The notes beneath the pieces were generated by a model that saw nothing but the letters and a program-made list of their open reading frames with translations, made no database searches and was not told the origin of the DNA. A program made the position numbers and the translations under genes. DNA of 64,000 bases from the NCBI RefSeq assembly GCF_009914755.1, contig NC_060947.1. One strand, 5' to 3'. This DNA comes from the human T2T-CHM13v2.0 reference genome, Homo sapiens. This document shows, piece by piece, positions 13,165-34,330 of this stretch (within the stretch, counting starts at the first letter, position 1; each line of letters opens with the position of its first letter).

Positions 13165-13570
13165 TGACATAGTTTGAATATTTGTCTCTTCCAAATATCA
13201 TATTGAAATGTGATTCCCAATATTGAAGGTGGGGCCTACTGGGAGGTGTTTGGGTCATGGGGATAGATTCTTTATGAATGGCTTGGTGCCCTTCTTGCAG
13301 TAATGAGTTCATGGAAGACCTGGGATCTTGTTGATAAATAGAGTCTGGGACCTTTCTTCTCTCCCTCTTGCTTCCTCTCTCGCCATGCGACACACTTGCT
13401 CCCACCTCATCTACTATGAGAGAAAGCTTCCTGAGGTCCTCACCAGAAGCAGATGCTGGTATCATGCTTCTCATACAGTCTGCAGAATTGTAAGACAAAT
13501 AAATCTCTTTTCTTTATAAATTTTTCCACCTCAGGTATTGCTTTATAGCAATGCAAAATGGACTAACACA
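13165..13570 (+). mobile_element. MSTB-like MaLR solo LTR
   Basis: TG...CA ends (tgacatagtttg...gactaacaca), AATAAA near 13498, near-TSD cctct/cctca. Confidence 0.88.
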
Positions 13571-14171
13571 CCTCATGAGCATAAGAACATGTCCAAACTT
13601 TCATTTGCTATCTTTTTGTGAGTCAGAGATCTAGCTTCGGTAATAACTATTAAGTTGAACAATGTGACCCCCAATATTGACAATCTTTGATCTTTAAAAG
13701 AAGTAATTTCAAATGGTTTAACCTAATAGAAGCTTAAACAACACGTCCTCTACCAAGATAATGCAAAAATCAGGGAAATGCCTGCCATACATTACTTTTT
13801 CTACACCCAGAGACGGGACCTCCCAAAGGATAAATGAGCAAAATGTAGGGTGGTGAACAAGATAACTGCTTCATTGTATTAGGAGCACATTGCTCCCCCA
13901 TAGGTAAAAAATTCCAGGCAGAAACGTAAGAACACTGGTGTAACATAACCCTAGGAAATGTAGTTTTTGTACTTCATCACAAAACCATGTAATGGGAATT
14001 GGAAAATATACTCTCATCATTGCATACTAGAAACTGGGAATTGAATTGGGAACTGTGTGTATATCAGCCTTCCTTGTAGCATTAGAATTGATGAACCACA
14101 ATAGCAGTCACAGAGTAGGATCAATGCTAAACCACAAAACTAGATTTTTGTTCAGTTTTTAAGATATATGT

Positions 14172-14667
14172 TGATATGGTTTGGCTGTGTCCCCACCCAA
14201 ATCTCAACAGGAGCTGAGCTGCCCAAGATCATGTGAACACACTTCTTGCATCAGCGTGACCTGGATGTGAGACCTGTAGTCAAAGATCATTTTAGAGTTC
14301 TAAAATTTGACTGCCATGCTGGATTTCAGACTTTCATGGGCCTGTAACCCCTTTTGGCCAATTTCTCCCATTTGGAACAGCTGTATTTATCCAATACCTG
14401 TACCCCAATTGTATCTAAGAAGTAACTAGCTTGCTTTTGATTTTACAGGCTCATAGGTGGAAGGGACTTGCCTTGGCTCAGATGACTTTGGATGTGGAAT
14501 GTTGGGTTAATGCTGAAATGAATTAAGTCTTTAGGGGACTATTGGGAAGGCATGATTGGATTTAAAATGTGAGAATATGAGATTTGGAGGGGCTAGGGGT
14601 AGAATACTATGATTTGGCTGTATCTTCACCCAAATCTTTATCGGCAGCATGAAAACAGCCTAATACA
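14172..14667 (+). mobile_element. Internally deleted THE1 (MaLR) provirus
   Basis: 35 bp of 5' LTR, 3' end of THE1-int with polypurine tract, 63-bp deleted 3' LTR; perfect TSD tatgt (14167-14171, 14668-14672). Confidence 0.88.
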
Positions 14668-14699
14668 TATGTGTCCAACGATTCCTTATTCTGTTTAAG

Positions 14700-15285
14700 G
14701 TAATTTGTTTACATATGAGTAAAGGGGGAATAAACAATGATATGAGGCCTACAAAAGAACACAGAAGGGGATTCAGACAATTCAGAGATAGAACTTACCT
14801 CTGAAAAAGTCCGCTGTGGAAGTCAGAAAAAAATATTAGAAAATTTCCAGCATCCACAGTGAATGTATAAGAAGGTAAGTAGCAAGAAGAAACAAAGCAA
14901 CACATCAATGAACAGAACAAAAATGAAGATAAAATGGTACCAGGCTGCAACAAAATAGAAAGTGAATAAAATCAGGAAGGATTTCCAGGATACTAAAAAT
15001 AAAATACCATAATTCAAAGACAAATTGAAGGTCATGAGAATATGATTGAAATTTTGTTGAATGAAATCATTGATATGAAGAATAAGTTTGAGAAACTATC
15101 CTAAAATTAAAAGTAAGAGGAAAATGGGATGAAAACATTGTAAAAGAAATGTAGACACAGCATAAGCAAATGGAGACTTTACATATGTCTTATTAATATT
15201 TCTAAAAATGAAATACAAATAAATGAATGGAAGCATTAACCAGATAAAATAGATAATGTATTGCTAAGCTTTTAATAAGAGCAAA
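14700..15285 (+). mobile_element. Very old L1M/HAL1-like ORF1 remnant
   Basis: A-rich coiled-coil-like decayed sequence; weak motif similarity only. Confidence 0.4.
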
Positions 15286-15291
15286 GACATA

Positions 15292-16172
<881 letters not shown>

Positions 16173-16174
16173 TT

Positions 16175-16763
16175 TGCATAAAAATAATAATGTAATCTGG
16201 ATTGAAATTGCCAGGTAATACTCATAGACTTATAAGCAGGGTAGAAATGAGAAATAAACTCTTAAACTGTTGACCTTAAATTGATCAAAACAAAAAAGCA
16301 TTTCACTTTTAAAACTGACATAAAGGAAAGATTTTGTAGAATATTAAAGTATCTACTAGTTAAATTTAAAAGAGGCTATATACATTATAAAGCAATGAAA
16401 AAAGTAAGGGACAATAATGCAAGACGAACATCATTAAACTGGACAATACAAGTTATTTTATATTAAAAGTGAAAATATAATGGTCATGAACCTTTATATG
16501 TCACACAACATTACATCAAAATAAAGCAAATCTTCAGAAATACAAAGATAAATAGACAGAAACACAATAACAGAGGACTTTAACCTCTAAAATTTCTCTA
16601 CAGATCAAGTAGACAAAAATAAAATAGAATTATAAATAATTTTAAAAACACAGTAAGTTATATTTTTACTTATATATATGTTATTTTATATATAGATAAA
16701 ACTTCATATATATAACTTAAGTTATATATGTTAAATGTGTGTGTATATATGTACATGTATATA

Positions 16764-16809
<46 letters not shown>

Positions 16810-18940
16810 TAAATGCCCATGGCACGTTTACAAAAATTACTCACATACTAGGCCACAAAAAAAACCTCAATAAATGTCACAATATATTGCAGAAAAGAAT
16901 AAATCTATAACAGCGTTAGAAAAAGTATATATTTTTGTCAATAGAGTAGACATATTTAGAAATTCCTGGAAAAAGGAGAGAGGAGATTAGATTGAACAGC
17001 ATGTCTATTTCCCTTTCTGCTATTACCTCAGGCTCACTAAAGTGAAATCAGTCAGTAGCCATGCCTCCACCCTCTAACAGTGATTCTCTAGTCAATTTTA
17101 TTGTTCATTAAACACTTTCATTCACACTAAGTAAGATAGTCTTACATTTGTATAGATGGAGAAGCAAGATTTTCAAACATGTAAGGAAAACCAACAGCAA
17201 AAAAGAGAAAGTTCAAGATGATCACATAGAATGACAGACTGATAAAAACATAGCTCATAAAACAGAGTAATTTTTAAATTGTAATTAATATCCTCAGAGA
17301 TGTCAAGAGATTATTGCATTCACAAATAAAAATCAGGCTATTCTGAAAAAGAAGCAGATAAAGAAAAAGAAAGTATATCTTCAAATGAAAAATAAGATTA
17401 CTTAAATAATAATCATTATTAGAAGGGCTTAACAGTACAATGATTATGACTAGAGATTGAATTCATAATCTTATAGTTGTGAAAATCAAGCATACCACAA
17501 AGAAAAAAAGATGAAAACTATGAAATGAAAACTGACATACCTATATGTGTAATCCAGAATGTTCACCGTACAACTAAGAGGAGTTATAAAGATGGAGGAC
17601 AACAATATAAGTCAGGGTAAATAATCAAATAAATAGAAAAAGACAATGTCCCCATGCTTCCCCCAAAGCATGAGACCAAAAAGAATCAAGCAGAATAATA
17701 ATAATAAAAGTAACCAAAATCTGCCCTTAGACACTTCATTAAATTTCAGAACTATAACTTAAAAAAACTAAATGTTTCCATATTAGGAAGAATAAAAACA
17801 GCTTTTACACACAATAAATGAAAATTAATTTGGCATCTAAATTTTCACTAGCAACACTGGATGCCAGAAGGCAATAGCATCACATCTTTAAATTTTTGTG
17901 CTAACATTATTTTGATTTACAATCAATCCCCAACCAAGCCAACCATGAACCATGAAAGTAGAATAGAAAAGTTTTCAGAAATACAAACCTCAGGAATGTT
18001 AAGGCTCTTTGAGTGAAATAATTACTTGAAAACAAAATTCCAAGAAAGAGGAAAATGTAAATATCAGAAAGAGCAGTAAACACTACAGCCAATAATAATT
18101 ATAATAGGTTTCCAAACAATGTTAGTTTATAACAATTCCAAACTTTAGTCACAGATGATTACATTAAGAGAGAGATGGAGAGAAAGCGAACATGTCAAAT
18201 TATTTTAAATTCTTGGCTTGATAGAAAATGCAAATTTAAATATGCAATAAACACTTATGGGTAACTATTCATAAAAAGTTTACTATAACTTCCAATGCAC
18301 TAGAAGAAAAAGGACAAAGAAATTTTGAATAATTCAACAAAAAGGCAAAAAAATAGTGAATAGGACTGTGTGTGTGTCTACGCCTGTATGTGTGTGCACA
18401 CACTATTACATGAAGGAGAAAAAAGAGCACAGTAAATAGAAAACAGAAAAAAAAGGATACCTGAATCTTTCAAAAAAAGATTTTAAAAGTTAGAAAATAA
18501 ATAGTGAAAAAAATATATATTACACAAATAATAGAATGAAGACAAATACTAGAATGAAGAAAACAACTGAGAGGAAGATGAAATCAAGTATTCAAGCACT
18601 ATTATCAGGCAATGTTAATATCACACATATAATAGAATTAAAGGCAAAAAATGTTTAAACAGGAAAAAAAGAAGAATTTTATATTCTGAAAGTAGCAATG
18701 CTAAAGGAAGCTGTAATACACATGATTGCTTACCTAAGGATATTGTTTTAAAATCTACAAAGCTGTTAGAAATGCTAGGGACAATGAGCTTATCAAAAAA
18801 CATCAGGAAGATCACCATAAAAGTCTCTCAGAGATATAAAGGGCTACAATATGATAAAATAAAGAATCAATATCAAAGGGTAATGCATAAATATGCATCC
18901 ATATAATTAGAAAATATTTGCAATTATTTTTTCAGCTTGT
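16175..18940 (+). mobile_element. Ancient L1ME/HAL1-like remnants (several pieces)
   Basis: Decayed endonuclease-like text near 16450-16900 and ORF1-like tggcatctaaattttcactagcaacactggatgccagaaggcaat near 17830. Confidence 0.55.
16670..16808. repeat. Imperfect (TA)n microsatellite
   Basis: Direct reading. Confidence 0.9.
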
Positions 18941-19271
18941 TAAGTTAAAATCTAAATTAATTTTTTTCTAATATTTATTTGTTTCTAAAATATTTAAAGC
19001 TGAAAGAATTCTTCAGTATTCCTTTGTCTACATCACATAGGTTTTGTATGTAAGTTTTTTTTAATTGTTTTATTATACTTTAAGTTCTAGCATACATGGG
19101 CACAACGAGCAGGTTTGTTACATATGTATACATGTGCCATGTTGGTGTGCTGCACCCAGTAACTCATCATTTACATTAGGTATATCTCCTAATGCTATCC
19201 CTTCCCCCTCCCCCCACCCCACAAAAGGCCCCAGTGTGTGATATTCCCGTTCCTGTGTCCAAGTGTTCTCA

Positions 19272-23083
<3,812 letters not shown>

Positions 23084-23146
23084 TATGATGTTAGCTGGTT
23101 ATTTTGTTCATTAGTTGATGCAGTTTCTCCCTAGCATCGATGGTCT

Positions 23147-24160
23147 TTACAATTTGGCATATTTTTGCGGTGGCTGGTACTGGTTATTCCTTTCCATGTT
23201 TAGTGCTTCCTTCAGGAGCTCTTATAGGGCAGGCCTGGTTGTGACAAAATCTCTCAGCATTTGCTTGTCTGTAAAGGATTTTATTTCTCCTTTGCTTATG
23301 AAGCTTAGTTCACTGGATATGAAATTCTGGGTTGAGAATTCTTTTCTTTAAGAACACTGGATATTGGCCCTCACTCTCTTCTGGCTTGTAGAGTTTATGC
23401 CGACAGATCTGCTGTTAGTCTGATGGGCTTCCCTTTGTGAGTAACCCGACCTTTCTCTCTGGCTTCCCTTAACATTTTTTCCTTCATTTCAACTTTGGTG
23501 AATCTAACAATTATGTGTCTTAGAGTTGCTCTTCTTGAGGATTATCTTTGTGGCCTTCTCTGTATTTCCTGAATTTGAATGTTGGCCTGCCTTGCTAGAT
23601 TGGGGAAGTTCTCCTGGATAATATCCTGCAGAGTGTTTTCCAACTTGGTTCCATTTTCCCCGTCTATTACAGGTATACCAATCAGACTTAGATTTGGTCT
23701 TTTCACATAGTCCCATATTTCTTGGAGGCTTTGTTCCTTTCTTTTTATTCTTTTTCCTCTAAACTTCTCTTCTCACTTCATTTCATTCATTTGATCTTCA
23801 ATGACTGATACACTTTCTTCCAGTTGATTGAATCAGCTACTGCAGCTTGTGCATTCGTCATGTAGTTCTTTTGCCATGGTTTTCAGCTCCATCAGGTCCT
23901 TTAAGGACTCCTCTGCATTGGTTATTCTAGTTAGCCATTCATCTTATCTTTTTTCAAGGTTTTTAACTTCTTTGCCATGGGTTCGAACTTCCTCCTTTAG
24001 CTTGGAGTAGTTTGATCATCTGAAGGCTTCTTCTCTCAACTCGTCAAATCATTCTCTGTCTAGCTTTGTTTCCTTGCTGGTGAGGAGCTGCGATCCTTTT
24101 GAGGAGGAGAGGTACTCTGGTTTTTAGAATTTTCAGTTTTTCTGTTCTGTTTTTTTCCCC
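23147..24160 (-). pseudogene. L1 ORF1, broken, start codon deleted
   Basis: Short deletion at about 24161 removes the ATG before ggggaaaaaaacagaacag; no long ORF1 frame in the track. Confidence 0.85.
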
Positions 24161-24164
24161 TACC

Positions 24165-25173
24165 TTTGTTCTTTGATGATGGTGACATACAGATGGGGTT
24201 TGGGTGTGGATGTCCTTTCTTTTTGTTAGTTTTCCTTCAAACAGTCAGGACCCTCAGCTGCAGGTCTGTTGGAGTTTGCTGGAGGTCCACTCCAGACCCT
24301 GTTTGCCTGGGTATCAGCAGCAGAGGCTGCAGAATGGCGAATATGGCTGAACAGCAAATGTTGCTGTCTGATCGTTCCTCTGGAGGTTTCCTCTCAGAGG
24401 GGTACCCTGCTGTGCGAGGTGTCAGTCTGCCCCTACTGGGGGTTGCCTCCCAGTTAGGCTACTCAGGGGTCAGAGACCCACTTGAGGAGGCAGTCTGTCC
24501 ATTCTCAGATCTCAAACTCCGTGCTGGGAGAACCACTACTCTCTTCAAAGCTGTCAGACAGGGACATTTAAGTCTGCAGAGGTTTCTGCTGCCTTTTGTT
24601 CAGCTATGCCTTGCCGCCAGAGGTGGAGTCTACAGAGGCAGTCAGGCCTCCTTGAGCTGCGGTGGGCTTCACCCAGTTCGAGCTTCCCAGCCCCTTTGTT
24701 TACCTACTCAAGCATCAGCAATGGTGGGTGCCCCTCCCCCAGCCTCACTGCTGCCTTGCAATTCGATCTCAGACTGCTGTGTTAGCAATGAGTGAGGCTC
24801 CGTGGGTGTGGGACCCTCTGAGCTAGGCATGGGACATAATCTCCTTGCGTGCCATTTGCTAAGACCGTTGGAAAAGCGCAGTATTAGGTTGGGAGTGATT
24901 CGATTTTCCAGGTTCCATCTGTCACAGCTTTGCTTGGCTATGAAAAGGAATTCCCTGACCCCTTGAGGTTTCTGGGTGAGATGATGCCTCGCCCTGCTTC
25001 AGCTCATGCTCGTGGCACTGCACCCACTGTCCTACACCCACTGTCCGACAACCCCCAGTGAGACGAACCTGGTACCTCAGTTGGAAATGCAGAAATCACC
25101 CGTCTTCTGCGTTGCTCATGCTGGGAGCTGTAAACGGGAGCTGTACCTATTTGGCCATCTCGGAACCGCCTCC
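24165..25173 (-). promoter_or_regulatory. L1 5' UTR internal sense and antisense promoter
   Basis: Complete 5' UTR with YY1 core AGATGGC near the 5' end; many CpGs decayed; activity not inferable. Confidence 0.6.
24721..24795 (+). pseudogene. L1 antisense ORF0, truncated after 24 codons
   Basis: MVGAPPPASLLPCNSISDCCVSNE* matches the ORF0 N-terminus; premature TGA at 24793. Confidence 0.85.
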
Positions 25174-25704
25174 TGTATGTAAGTTTTGACATGTAATCTT
25201 TTTATTGTCAAGACTAGTAAATTAAAAAACTATAGGGAAAACAAAACTGAAGACAGGTGCAAAGTTACAGATTGTTTTCTTCCATTTAGGTTATTTTTTC
25301 TATTTCTAAAAAAACTAGAATTATCTTTTTTAAAGTAGGAAAATGAAGAGTTTTTGAAAAAAATATGCCATAAATTGTTGTCTTTAACTGATAAAAAAAG
25401 AAATTCATTTTCATTAAAATTATTTATTTATTTTATTTTTCCATTTTTCCATTTTTCCATATTTTCTATAGTGTATATATTTTTACAAATAGTTTTTAAA
25501 ATATAATACAGTTTAATTCAAGAAGTTGAAATAAGACTATGAAATTCATAGTTACTTCAATTGTTAGCAGCTGATGCCTAGAAAATAATGATTCTTTGTG
25601 CATAAAACTTACACATGTACCGTTGAGGGAAAATAAGTCCTCAAGCAGTACATATTGTATAATTTTCTTTCCGTAAAGTTTAAAACAAGCAAAACTAATC
25701 TATA

Positions 25705-26623
25705 TCAAAAAACAAACTTTTTACCAGTTAGAATGGCAATCATTAAAAAGTCAGGAAACAACAGGTGCTGGAGAGGATGTGGAGAAATAGGAACACTTTG
25801 ACACTGTTGGTGGGACTGTAAACTAGTTCAACCATTGTGGAAGTCAGTGTGGTGATTCCTCAGGGATCTAGAACTAGAAATACCATTTGACCCAGCCATC
25901 CTATTACTGGGTATATACCCAAAGGACTATAAATCATGCTGCTATAAAGACACATGCACACATATGTTTATTGCGGCATTATTCACAATAGCAAAGACTT
26001 GGAACCAACCCAAATGTCCAACAATGATAGACTGGATTAAGAAAATGTGGCACATATACACCATGGAATACTATGCAGCCATAAAAAATGATGAGTTCAT
26101 GTCCTTTGTAGGGACATGGATGAAATTGGAAATCGTCATTCTCAGTAAACTATCACAAGAACAAAAAACCAAACACCGCATATTCTCACTCATAGGTGGG
26201 AATTGAACAATGAGATCACATGGACACAGGAAGGGGAATATCACACTCTGGTGACTGTTGTGGGGTGGGGGGAGGAGGGAGGGATAGCATTGGGAGATAT
26301 ATCTAATGCTAGATGACGAGTTAGTGGGTGCAGCACACCAGCATGGCACATGTATACATATGTAACTAACCTGCACAATGTGCACATGTACCCTAAAACA
26401 TAAAGTATAATTTAAAAAAAAACTTTTTGTGTAAAGGGCCATATAGTAAACATTTTAAGCTTCATGGGTCATACAGTTCCTGTTGCAACTACTCATCTCT
26501 GAAGTGCATAAAAAACTGTTGACAATACTCAAATGAATGTGTATGGTTGTTCTCCAACAAAACTCTACAAAAAACAAGGGGGAGATTGGATTAGACCCAC
26601 GAGCCATAGTTTGACAAATCATG
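25705..26623. mobile_element. MER58A hAT-type element split by an L1PA2
   Basis: caaacttttt|gtgtaaagggccatatagtaaacattttaagc...gccatagtttgac. Confidence 0.8.
25723..26419 (+). mobile_element. 5'-truncated L1PA2
   Basis: gagatcacatg, aatatcacac, gacGAGttag, cacaatgtg; TSD aaacttttt (25714-25722, 26420-26428). Confidence 0.9.
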
Positions 26624-27144
26624 CTCTGTATTGTTTAGGGATGCATAAGTATGTGTAGCACTATTTCTTAAAGCAAATAAATTATTACTGTAAATGCTAA
26701 GCTATGATTACCACTAGTATAAGTGTTGCAATTGGCCAGGTATACAAAGGGAAAGTCTAAGTGATAGTAATGTTTTAGTCTTTTACTTCAGTGGTTATTA
26801 CATGTTTCACTATACAAACATTTGTATATTTCACATGTATGTTTTATGCCCCTTTTTGAACACTATATATTGCATTAGAATTTCAACTCAAAAGAAATGT
26901 ATTAAGAACTACCAAAAAGAAAAATGACCCTAGCAGTACAAAGATACACAAAATAAATCACTATGTGGTATTCTTTGGTCTGTTTAAAAAGCCACACCAA
27001 TTGATACCATCTTTCACTTGACCCCATAGCAAGATTCTCATTTAAAATTGTGTAAAAAAAATTATATATACAGACAAACAATTGGGAGGAAAAGGACATA
27101 TCTAGAGAAGCTACCTCTTTGCATCCATGATCCATGTGAAATAC

Positions 27145-27246
27145 AAGATTTGGGGCCAGTCAAACCTCAGTTCGAATATGGGCCCTGCCACTTATTAACT
27201 AGGGGAACTTGGGCAAAGGCAACTAACTTTATTCAGCCTTAGTTTC
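27145..27246 (+). mobile_element. MIR, left part; continues at 30526-30600
   Basis: ctgccacttattaactagg...ttgggcaa...gccttagtttc|catattttgaaaatgatgttgataatacctacc. Confidence 0.75.
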
Positions 27247-30525
<3,279 letters not shown>

Positions 30526-30609
30526 ATTCAGCCTTAGTTTCCATATTTTGAAAATGATGTTGATAATACCTACCTTTTACAATTGCTTAACCGAAAATTG
30601 TAGATCAAA

Positions 30610-30618
30610 AGAGGAGAG

Positions 30619-30649
<31 letters not shown>
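30610..30649. repeat. (GA)n microsatellite
   Basis: Direct reading. Confidence 0.9.
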
Positions 30650-30650
<1 letters not shown>

Positions 30651-30889
30651 ATCATAGCACAGTGCTTACCTCTTTCTGGATCAGCACATTTCTGAGAACA
30701 GTTTTTCCAGTCCCTTACTATTTTATTTGGGCTATTAAATTCTAGATACATTTACTTAACACATACAATGTACCTACCAGGCAATGAGCTTGATGTGGGT
30801 AGGACGCCAAAGCCATTGCCCAACAGAAACTCACAGCCAGCAGAAAAGCCCAGTTGTTCAATATCTACTCTGTGACTGAAGAAAGATCT

Positions 30890-31285
30890 CAGAGGTTGGA
30901 GTTCCTGAAAAGCAAAGACAGAGATTAGTGTGCAGGAGGTATATTAGGAATACTCTTGAGATCAATACCTGTGAAAGAGAAGGGAAGAAAGCAGGATTTG
31001 GCAGAGAACTGAGGTGTGTTTGAAACTGGAATGATCCTTCAGAGTTTTCCTGAGTTGAGGTAAGGTGGCCAGGTCTTTATAACTTTGTATTTATTACTAA
31101 TAGAGGCACATGTATTTTCCCTTTCCCTGGAGAGGGGCATGACCTTGAGCAAGGCAGCTCTCTTCAACTGAGGAAATCCCTACTGGAGACTGACTGTTGA
31201 GGGCCATATTTCACTGTGATTGCCAGCAAGTATGGAAATAAATGTATTCTTGTAGGCAGATTGTGCAGCTCATTAAAGACCACAA
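30890..31285. mobile_element. Ancient ERVL-class LTR (LTR33/LTR16-like)
   Basis: gagattagtgtgcaggaggtatattagg...tcttgagatcaatacctgtgaaag...gcaggatttggcagag. Confidence 0.6.
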
Positions 31286-31994
31286 CAGATGTGCCACTGA
31301 TTGCTGGTTATCCCTCCAATGTGCCTGTATTTATTTTTGTTGAATATTTCAAAAGCCCCTCAAGAACTCTGCAAACAGGAGGAGCTTAATAGAAGTCTAG
31401 ATGTCAAGGAATCCTGTGACCAATTTTGAACTTCTTGGAAAAAAGGGTTCAACAAATGCAACAAATGAGACAGCTATTTTTTCCCTACTTTTTCTTCTTT
31501 ATTATGACTTCTCTCCATCATTTTGTCTTTAATTAATGATATATTTTATTGGACTTCTTCCCCTAAGCTTTCAAGGCAGAGAGCATGTTTCTAAAAAATC
31601 AAAGAACTGAATAATAAATAAAAGCCTGAGCAGTAAATAGATCCTCGGATGAAGAAATAGAAATCAAAATTCAAAGCAGAAAATGAGCCAGCTCATTTTG
31701 GTTGCCAACTGAGAGGGAGGGCCTCATGCACAGATGAATCTATCTCAATTCTTCATGTCAGAAGCCCTTAGTAATAGTCCTACTTGTCCACATTTTGGCC
31801 TTAAATCCAGGGCACCTTAAGAAGCTGCCTACTTGGCTACAGTACAATGATCCAAGCACTTTTATGGTTTGAACAAAGTTCTGTTTTCCACCCACCTAGG
31901 TCCATAAAGTGACGTTTTAGCAATTCAGCTTCTGAGAGCCAGAGGAGGTTGGGGGTAGGCAAAGGACTTAGTTGAGTGGCTCAGCAAATTTGAT

Positions 31995-32140
31995 CAAATT
32001 CAGCAAACACTTCCTGAGCACCTACTCTGTGTCAGGCCCTATGGTGGGCCCTGGAAAGACATAAATCTGAGACATTAACTGCCTGCTAGCAATTTCTAAT
32101 CTAGTAGGGAAGACTCAGAAAATTAGATAATTATAACTAG
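31995..32140 (-). mobile_element. L2 3' end
   Basis: attcagcaaacacttcctgagcacctactctgtgtcaggccct. Confidence 0.7.
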
Positions 32141-32515
32141 TTGTTGGGAGAGGGGATCTTGATCAAGAGTGGTAATATAGAATCAGGAGTCAGGAGACAG
32201 AATTTTGAGGGCTTGAGATCAGTTAGATAGATATTGTCATGGACCAGGTGAGGATCAATAAAGGCTTAAGTAATGATGGAAATACAGTCCATCTCTGTCC
32301 AATTAGATATGATTGCCAATATATGTCTCCCTCTATCTGAGGTGGGGCATCTTTAATTTGCATAAAGGTGTTAAATCATGCCTCTAAAAATATCTTTGGC
32401 ATTATGTATATTTTCCAGCTGCTCTGGACATTTAATGAGGTGAGAAGGGGAAAGAAGATGGGGAGGAAATGATGGGAATTGAGGCTAGGAAAGTAGTTAA
32501 GCAAAGGTTGGATTG

Positions 32516-32700
32516 TTTTTTTTATTATTATTATACTTTAAGTTTTAGGTTTCATGTGCACAACGTGCAGGTTTGTTACATATGTATACATGTGCCATGT
32601 TGGTATGCTGCACCCATTAACTCATCATTTAGCATTAGGCATATCTCCTAATGCTGTCCCTCCCCCTCCCCCCTCCCCCCACCCCTCAACAGTCCCCGGT
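32516..32700 (-). mobile_element. Short L1PA4-like 3' end
   Basis: Poly(T), attatactttaagttttagg...agcattagg...C-tract; no TSD seen. Confidence 0.88.
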
Positions 32701-32764
32701 AAAAAACTTTGTAATGTTCACAACTATTAATATTCACAATTATTAGACAGCCATAAAAGAGATC

Positions 32765-32924
32765 TTTTTCTTTTTTAGTAGGACATCATCCCATTATAAG
32801 GGCTACACCCTCGTGACCTAACTGCCACCCTAAGGCTCCACTTCTAATTACCAACACATTGAGGGTTAAAATTTCAACATATGAATTTGGCACGGGTAAG
32901 TGCATAAACATCCAGTCTATAGCA
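32765..32924 (-). mobile_element. MLT1A/MSTD-like MaLR LTR fragment
   Basis: ccctcgtgacctaa...aaggctccacttctaat...tttcaacatatgaattt...cagtctatagca. Confidence 0.7.
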
Positions 32925-33711
32925 AAGACTTTTGTCAAATACGTGGTTTACAAATATTTTCTCCAAGTATGTAGCTTGGATTTTCATACCCTTAACAGGA
33001 ATCTTGAGCACATCAAACATTTTTTGTTGGTTGGTTTAATTTTGATGAAGTCTAACATTTCAATTCTTTGTGAAGTATGATTTGATATCATGTCTAATAC
33101 TTCAAAAATTTCTAGGTCCCAGAGATTTTTTTCCTGTTATCTTCTAAAAGTTTTATAGTTTTATGTTTTACATTTAAGTCTGTGATCCATTTCGAATTGC
33201 TTTTGTATAGAGTGTGAGGTTTTAGTCAAAGTTATTCTTTTATGCCTATTGATGTCCAATTTTTCCCACACTATGTGTTGAAAAGACTATCCTTTCCTTA
33301 TTGAATTGCCTTTGCACCTCTGTCAAAAATCTGGGTTCTCTGTTCTATTCCATTGATCTATGTGTCTATCCCTCTGCCAATACCACATAGTCTTGATTAT
33401 TGTAGCTTTATACATTCTGAAGATAGGAAAACTGATTTCCTCTCATTGTATTCTCTTTTTTCAAAATCATTTAAGCAATTCTAGTTCCTTTGGCTTTCCA
33501 TACAAATTTCAAAATTATTTTGTATACATCTACAAAAAACTTGCTGAAATTTTGATAACAACTCTGATAAACCTACAGATGAATTTGGTGACAATTCGTA
33601 TCTTCACAATGGTGGATCTTCCAATACATAAACATGGCATGTCTCTGCATTTATTTAAATCATCTTTGATTTCTGTCCTCCAAATTTTGTAGTTTTTAAT
33701 ACAAAGTCTTA

Positions 33712-33848
33712 CATATACTCACACATATATATACATATATATACACACTTATATAGACATATATATAGATATATATACACATATATAGACATATACATAG
33801 ACTTGTATATATATACTTATATATATATATATATACACTACTTATATC
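33712..33848. repeat. Imperfect (TA)n/(TACA)n microsatellite
   Basis: Direct reading. Confidence 0.9.
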
Positions 33849-34000
33849 TAAGTATTTCCATTTTTTAGTGACTGTATTATGCTTTTAATTTGAAAGTCCA
33901 CATGCTCATTTGCTAGTATATAGAAATGTAATGGCTATTTTTATGTTGATCTTGTATCTTGAGACCATGATGAACTTACTTATTAGCTTTAAGAGTTTTT

Positions 34001-34330
<330 letters not shown>

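Larger units (their letters stand above)
25590..26900 (+). mobile_element. L1ME-type 3' remnant, host of MER58A
   Basis: aaagtttaaaacaagcaaaactaatctata ... ttgtttagggatgcataagtatgtg. Confidence 0.55.
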
